A DNA stretch of 58,057 nucleotides, filler included, from Squatina squatina (lineage: Eukaryota): the NCBI GenBank assembly GCA_031763465.1. It is 3 parts of 3 records of this genome, joined end to end, with 100 filler letters (N's around TTAATTAATTAA, not from the genome) between each part and the next. Parts side by side here need not be neighbours in the genome. Positions count along the whole stretch, not along the records: positions 34,636 to 58,057 come from JARFOE010000004.1; 2 more parts are not named here. One strand, 5' to 3'. Within the stretch, counting starts at the first letter, position 1, and the number at the start of each line of letters is the position of its first letter. The notes beneath the pieces are model-generated. The model searched no databases and had not been told where the DNA came from. It saw only the letters and a list, made by a program, of their open reading frames with translations. Shown here piece by piece: positions 51,040 to 58,057 of the stretch. Made by a program: the position numbers and the translations under genes.

Positions 51040-51581
51040 TACGCCATCACCTCAGCACAATCCCTGCTCTACAAGAGGTCACTAAGGCCAGCAGACAGCT
51101 GAATGACGACAAGGCCTCTGGAGCAGATGGAATCCCTGCCGAAATACTAAAATACGGCGGCAGGGCACTCGCGGCGCAAATTCATGATCTCATCTCCCTT
51201 ATCTGGAAGGAGGAGAGCATGCCAGGTGATCTCAGAGATGCCATAATTGTTGCCATCTTTAAGAAAGGAGACAAGTCTGTTTGCGGTAACTACAGATGGG
51301 TCTCCCTGCTGTCCGCCACAGGGAAGGTCAACGCAAGAATCCTCCTCAACCGCCTCCTGCCAGTGGCCAAAGAGCTCCTCCCAGAGTCACAATGTGGATT
51401 CTGCACATCCAGGGGTTCAACAGACATGATCTTTAGCGCGCACCAAATCCAGGAAAAATGCAGGGAGCAGCATCAACCTTTGTACATGACCTTATTCGAC
51501 CTTACGAAGACCTTCAATTCCGTCAACCGGGAGGGATTGTAGAGTGTTCTCCGCAGGTTTTGCTGCCCGCACAAATTTGTC
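51040..51581 (+). mobile_element. RTE-clade LINE reverse transcriptase fragment
   Basis: KASGADGIPAEILK...IFKKGDKSVCGNYRWVSLLS..GK...LPESQCGF..SRGSTDMIFS..QIQEKCREQHQPLY...DLTKTFNSVNREGL*; in-frame stop, truncated by gap. Confidence 0.85.
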
Positions 51582-52834
51582 NNNNNNNNNNNNNNNNNNN
51601 NNNNNNNNNNNNNNNNNNNNNNNNNNNNNNNNNNNNNNNNNNNNNNNNNNNNNNNNNNNNNNNNNNNNNNNNNNNNNNNNNTGCCATAGCAGGTGACAAC
51701 TACTTTTACAATGTTGAACCTTATATTCAGCCTTTTGTGGTCTATGTTAGGAGGAGATTCAGCCTATCAAGAGCATGTTATCTATTATCAGTGCAAGATG
51801 TCACTGGGTGTGATTGGGACCCAGTTTTGCAGCGATGAAGGACACAGATTAGTGTCTCCACTGCACAAGCTCTGCAACTGAGAAACCATGAACATGATTA
51901 TGCATTGTATGAAATACCATACCCCATTTCCTTTTTCAGGTGTACTGAAGGATTAAGGCGGAAAGCTGAGCTATGAGGTTGTGATCCTTCCACTTCTGTT
52001 ACACCTCCTGACGATAGCACTTGGAATTCCTTGAGAATGTCAATTCCTGAGTAGCAAACAAAAAACGCTGTTTTAAACTAAAAAAAACTGATTTTCCTTT
52101 ATGTTCCTGATTGGCGAGGCCCATTCTCAAGAAAATAAATACCCTTGAATATTCTAGATTAATAATCATTCTCATTATTTCAGTCAAGGAGGTTTTTTAT
52201 CAACAAAACTGATATTTCACAGGTACAATTTATTACCTTGCCAACTCTGAGCTCATATTGTATATTCCTTGCCAGATTGTGAGTTGTGATGGAGACTAAA
52301 AAGTTGCATTTTCAAACAGTTATATTTTCAATTTTTCGATTTAGTGCATGGAGGTAAAATTTAGTGTTGCTGTAAGACTCTAAAACCACTTTGGAGAAAT
52401 ATGAGAACATTGTAAGAGAATACCATAATTAAACTAATGCTATTTTAAGGTTACATAATATGGCATTAAACACATCAGAAACATACGTACAGTGACACAC
52501 ACAGATGCGCAATTGCACAGAGAAACACAAAATGACAAACATGTTAGTTACATACGTAGTGCAATTTTTATGCTAACCTAATGATTCTTTCTGCACATTT
52601 ATAAAAATGATCAGGCCCTTATGTTGAAGAAAATGTATTTTATATCAGTTAGGAAGGGAAAAAAATGCAGAAATGTACATCCATAGTACAATAAATCCAA
52701 TTAGCTCAGAGAAGATATACCACAAAGATGCAGTAATGACCATCTTTGCGATGTCGGTAAACTGATCATGCAACTGAGTAGTACTAGTGTTGGAAAGGAA
52801 TCACATACAAACACAACCATTTGAGAAATTGTAC

Positions 52835-53401
52835 CTGGATTATTCCCACTCCCTATGGTTCTCTGACATACATTTTGCTTACAACTGTTGCTCATGAGCT
52901 GTAACTTGATTTGTTCCAGCAAATGAAATGCATCAACACAATATAAATATAGGCTGTATGGCTTAGAAGCTATGGCATGCAATTCTGCCTCATCTGTATT
53001 CTCAGTAACTCCAATTGTGAAAGGTACAATAACATCATCAGCTGATGTTCCATCTGTAACTACAATAGCCACTTTACGCACACCCAGACTGGGGTGTCTG
53101 GCATACTCTCCCCTTGAGAAACTATTTAGAATAAGATGTCTAATGGTCCTGCCAGTGGCCGTCCCTTCCTGCATGTATGAAATTCTTCACACTGCAGCCT
53201 TGATCTTTTCCTTGGTACTATACTGGTTCAGTGTAAACTCGGTCCTCACTCTACTGCTGTACTGGACACTCNNNNNNNNNNTGTCAATGGCTTCAAAAAT
53301 AGCATTGAAATCATTTTTGATTTTCGCATAGTTGCGTGGGAGGACACTTTTCGATCCATCAAATAAAAAGACCAGATCCATGGCTTAAGCTCTGCAATTA
53401 T
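52835..53401 (-). pseudogene. Matrilin-like vWA domain exon with two in-frame stops (collagen/matrilin-type ECM gene)
   Basis: Acceptor tttAG at 53402-53403. NCRA*AMDLVFLFDGSKSV...VQYSSRVRTEF...IKAAV*RISYMQEGTATG...KVAIVVTDG...ELHAIASKP...SCKQNVCQRTIGSGNNPG|GTACAA. Stops at 53385-53387 and 53187-53189. Confidence 0.7.
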
Positions 53402-56400
53402 CTAAATCCCCCAAAAATTAATGTGGTAGTAAACAGAGCTTTAGAAATGAATAATGAGAAAATAAACTTTGAAACAATTGCACCCACAATATAGAAAATA
53501 TTCCCATTCTGCACAGTATAGTGGAAAACAATGCTTCTATTATACTTCTAATATTNNNNNNNNNNNNNNNNNNNNNNNNNNNNNNNNNNNNNNNNNNNNN
53601 NNNNNNNNNNNNNNNNNNNNNNNNNNNNNNNNNNNNNNNNNNNNNNNNNNNNNNNCCCTGTTTGATTTGCTCAGTCTATAAAATGAGTTAAGTTCTGCCA
53701 TTATGTTAAAGCTTAGACAGTATCTAAGAATTCTAATATAATGGAGATTGAGCTATGTAATTTGTGCATATTTCCCTTACGCAGATTACAAGTAGTTAGA
53801 CTAAAGTACATACAATAATGATTGTATTCCATCTCTATTATTCTTTAAGGTTTACATAACTTAACATGAAATAATCTATGTTTATGGTGCATTGTTTTGT
53901 ACAAATCAAACTAACTTTTTATAAAGGACAGAAAATAACCAAGCAAATTTTAGAAGAAAGTATTATGGTGGGACCAACATTTTCAATAAAGCAGGCGTAT
54001 TCATGAACGCTTTGAAGTATTGACTTTAACAGTATATTTTATGGAAACAAAATTGCTCTGCTCCTGCATATAATACCATCAAAAGTATCTGTTGTGTAAT
54101 AACCAAAATAAGAGAAAAAAACTTACATATTCCTTGACTCCAACTATGCTTTTCTGAACAAATTGGGAATCCTGGTAGAAGCAATGGGAAAATGTATTCC
54201 GTAAAACAAACTACAAGGGCCCGAGTGGAAAGACCAACTATAAAGACGTTTACTCCCAAACTATGCACTGCCCCTACTTGGTGTTCTCAAAGTACTAAAG
54301 CAAATTGTATGCTCCTGCTTCAGTGATTGACATGGGCCTTTCTAGCCAGTCAGGGTGGACATCTCTCTGTCACAGGTGATGCCATTTATGCTTTGTGCTA
54401 AGGCCAAGAAAATACTTGTAAAATTCAGTACTTATTCATAAGTTAAGGCTACACGACACAATCACGTTTTTAAACTTTAAATGTAGGTCTTCATTTCAGG
54501 TTTTTCACATAAGTAAAGAAATATATTAATGCATCTTTTTAGCAGTCAGGGAGGAATGTTTCTTTACGTTTCTGGCAGCATTTCTTTACAATTGGAATCT
54601 GTTGTAATTATAGGAAAGACATAGACCTACATGCCAGTGACAAATAAGCTACTGTACATTCATCAGGAATAAACAACCATCAAAAAAGATTAAACCAATC
54701 AGTGACTATTTTGCTGTCTGTAGGATCTTGTGTTGTGCAACTCGAGCAATTGACCTGTACGTCAATTAACTTCATATCCCTTTAGATGAGCCCAGAGACA
54801 CTAACCTATCTCTGATATGAAGTAAACATGTCTTGTATCATTGGGTCTATTTTTAATCTTGATCTGCTGACTGTCTCTGTGTGTAAACACCCCACGTGCC
54901 ACATTCCAGAGTGTAAGTGTTAGAAACAGTAAACAAATGGCACATCTTCACACTGCCAGTAAAGATGTGAGGACTTGGGATTGAAACTGCAACGTGTGAT
55001 ATTAATAACCCACTGACGCGTAACTCTGCTGCTGTGTCAGTGAAGGACTTAAACCATTTTAAATAAGTAGGGTTAATGACTTGATTAAAACAGCAGACAG
55101 GAATTTGATTCAAATGTGCACAGAATAATTTCCAGGCTCATGATCCATACTCCATAATCCAATAAAGTGGAGGAAAACAAAATTAAAACCTTGTGCATTA
55201 CAGGATCTGTAGATTGCTTTGGAAAGAGCAGAGAAACTACCAGCAGCTCAGGTTATGTTAGCACAGTATCCCCCTGAATGGCTGAGAAGGTAGTTAATCT
55301 TGTGTACTGGTGCTCATTATTCACACCAGGCTAACAGAAGTACGTTGAATACATTGCCTATTTGGGTTGCCAGCTTTCATCGTACAGTTGCCTTTGAATA
55401 CTGAACATTTTTTTTAACCGGTAACTGTGTCAATTGTTATTAATAATGTTCTTTAAAATTTGTGAAAATGAATAAAATAATTGTTTCTAACACTCTACCT
55501 TATTCTAAAGATTATATTTGTAGATTGAATGAATTTGTATCTTGTTTCTGAAGAATAAAATATATTACNNNNNNNNNNNNNNNNNNNNNNNNNNNNNNNN
55601 NNNNNNNNNNNNNNNNNNNNNNNNNNNNNNNNNNNNNNNNNNNNNNNNNNNNNNNNNNNNNNNNNNNNATTGTAGACTCGGTTAACTAAACAATCGGACT
55701 CATGAGTCAGTTATTGCCCTTCAGTTTTGAAATACCTCTTTTTGGACAATTTCAAATTGGACTCCAAGACTTGTGCTTATATGGTAAGATTGCTTCAAAT
55801 TGTTATAAATATCCAGTGAGAGTGTCTGTAATAGAAAAGTTAGCTCACCACTGCTGCCAAAACATGAATCAGATGTGCTGTAAGTGTCTCAAGCAGGTTT
55901 CATTTTTCCATTTTCTAATATATCTGCACACAGCAATACCAAGCAATTGCAATGCTCATGGTAATTAAAATGATTGGAATACCATGCACTGGCAGGAAAT
56001 AGAGGCTTAGCTCATTGATGTTCACATGCCAGAATCGGACAGTTACATCAGTTTCCAGTATATATGATGGAAGAGTTTAAACTGCCAAGGAATAGGGTTG
56101 TGACATCAATTACAGAACCCATAAATAAAAGAAGAATCAGCTTTAACTCTTCCAAACAGAATAAAATAGTTTTCAGATAGAGATATTGTCACTTAAAATG
56201 TACTGGTTGTATGCACTATAAATTTTACTTGCAGGTTTCTTTAGAAATGTGGAAATTCTGGACCGTGTTTCAAAGAAGCTGTATCATTTTTGAAGACAGA
56301 AAAAAAGGATTCGTTCAATTGGTCTGCCATTGCTTTGTTCCCCATCATAAAGNNNNNNNNNNNNNNNNNNNNNNNNNNNNNNNNNNNNNNNNNNNNNNNN

Positions 56401-56599
56401 NNNNNNNNNNNNNNNNNNNNNNNNNNNNNNNNNNNNNNNNNNNNNNNNNNNNATGTATTATTCTGCTGCGATGGTGTGTGTTATGTGGTGTCCCCTTTTA
56501 AGACGACAGGATCTCATTTCTGTGTCTTCATGAGGTCAGAGTTCAGTAGAAACCAGGCAATTACTCGCTTTCTTTCTGTGTCTAAATCTCTTCACGGCC

Positions 56600-56892
56600 T
56601 CTGTCTAACCCAACAGGTCCACATGGCACCAAAACTGGCTGCTCGTCTGACTCTTGGCATCTCTCCCCTCTCTTTGCCCAACCACTGACAGTCAGCCGTA
56701 CCTTCAGCTGCCTAGACCCCACACTCTGGAATTCTCTCCCTGCACCTCCGTTAAGACCCTCTGTAAAGTTCTCTTCTTTGACCAAACCTTATGGTTGCAC
56801 CTCCAAATATCTCCTTTGGGCTCAGCATCCATTTTTCCCCTTAGTGCCTTGGGATACTTCTATGTTAAAGGTGCTTATATAAGTGCAAGTTG
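56600..56892 (+). mobile_element. L2-type LINE 3' end
   Basis: ccttcagctgcctagaccccacactctggaattctctccc...ttctttgaccaa...tgccttggga...tatgttaaaggtgcttatataagtgcaagttg. Confidence 0.7.
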
Positions 56893-58057
56893 AAGTTTCA
56901 CATTTATATTTCGAGATCACAAATCTGTAATCTTAGCATGGACGAAGTGAAGCACAAAGAATAAAAACGGTTGTAGTCTGAAAAGAATGCTTTAATAAGC
57001 ATTTGGAAGAAACCCTTCTAAGGTCAGTCATTTTACTGCCATAAGCCTACAGTAAATTACCATTTGCTTTATTAAATAAAGAAAGAAATGTTCTTGCATG
57101 AAGGATTGCTGTAATGTAACAAGTAGGGATGATTCAGTTTGCGACTTACTGCAAGCAACTTTGCTTTAATACAAAATGGGATCAATGATACAATTATCTT
57201 CCACTCGAGCAAAAGAAAATTTCACATTGACATCAACACACGTCATACTTATATATTAATTATTATTAGTACAAATGACTTGTTGTGGGGAGGGCAGGGG
57301 AGTTTTAACAATGGCAGTTTGATCCCAGCTAAATAAAATGGCACAAAAATGCTGCAGGAATTTTTTTTTTTTTTATAAAGTGTCTTAACAGCCGGCGGTA
57401 GTGTGTAAACTAAACAGTTGTGAGTAAATTCAGTTTGTCACATTAAGGTAGTGCTGATCGACTTTTTACATCCCTTTTTACCTGGGACACAGACATTTGC
57501 TTTGTGTTTAATTGAGAAAAATCAGCTCCGAGCAAAATAAAGATTATTTCACAAAATTCAGCATTGCCTCATTGAATTGTGCATGAGGTAATCAGACCTG
57601 TTCACAAACCATGGAGTCATCTGCCTGCTTATTGACAAGACACGTTCATGGGATTTTGTTTTTTTTTCTCAACAGTACATTCAGAAACAGCTTTCAGCGA
57701 TAGTTACCTAATTCCACATTACCATGTAAAAATATTAGTTTAACTTACATCTTTCTTAAAAGCTCTTTTTAATTTTCCCTCCAGAGGATATGGCATCAAC
57801 AAAAAAAATGAACAAAATAATTATTCACATAAAATAACATACCTTACAAGACAAACACACACATAAGGCCATTCTGCAGCATCAAAAGTCCACCTCTTGC
57901 AATATTTCACAACAGATTCTACAGAATATTTTACATCCCAAGGACTGTACTATCGAACGACTTAGGAGAACGCCACGGAGTTGATCACACTATCTTTTGG
58001 AGGCTGCGCTCAGTTTGCTAACTGCTGGGGACCTCCTTGCCGGTGTCGGGATTTTCG

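Noticed and set aside
50937-51542. 201-aa ORF as a host gene or novel RT system
   Set aside because: Ordinary truncated RTE LINE fragment with an in-frame stop; the N-terminus is read-through of flanking DNA.

Overview
Eukaryotic, AT-rich vertebrate genomic DNA, most likely a cartilaginous fish judging by its repeats (CR1 and L2 3' ends, Deu-type and tRNA-type SINEs, Harbinger remnants). It comes from a fragmented draft scaffold. Contigs of about 0.5-4 kb are joined mostly by nominal 100-N gaps, two of which contain a synthetic TTAATTAATTAA spacer, so adjacency across gaps is unreliable. Recognisable genes are all on the minus strand: (1) 5' exons of ADAMTS9 (signal peptide, prodomain, furin site and start of the metalloprotease domain; 1-2670); (2) a COL21A1-like FACIT collagen (three TSPN exons and four Gly-X-Y exons; 39204-46041); (3) an intronless, frameshifted MSH5 segment of about 1.03 kb (46165-47302), probably a retrocopy; (4) the 3' end of a proline-poor FACIT collagen with CxxxxC and a long NC1 tail (47593-50262); (5) a matrilin-like vWA exon with two in-frame stops (52835-53401). 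The rest is non-coding, with LINE, SINE, Harbinger and MITE debris and a few orphan exon candidates. I found no convincing new biological system. The best leads are the MSH5 retrocopy, a possible second divergent or decaying FACIT collagen, and a collagen exon whose splice acceptor may come from a Harbinger element.
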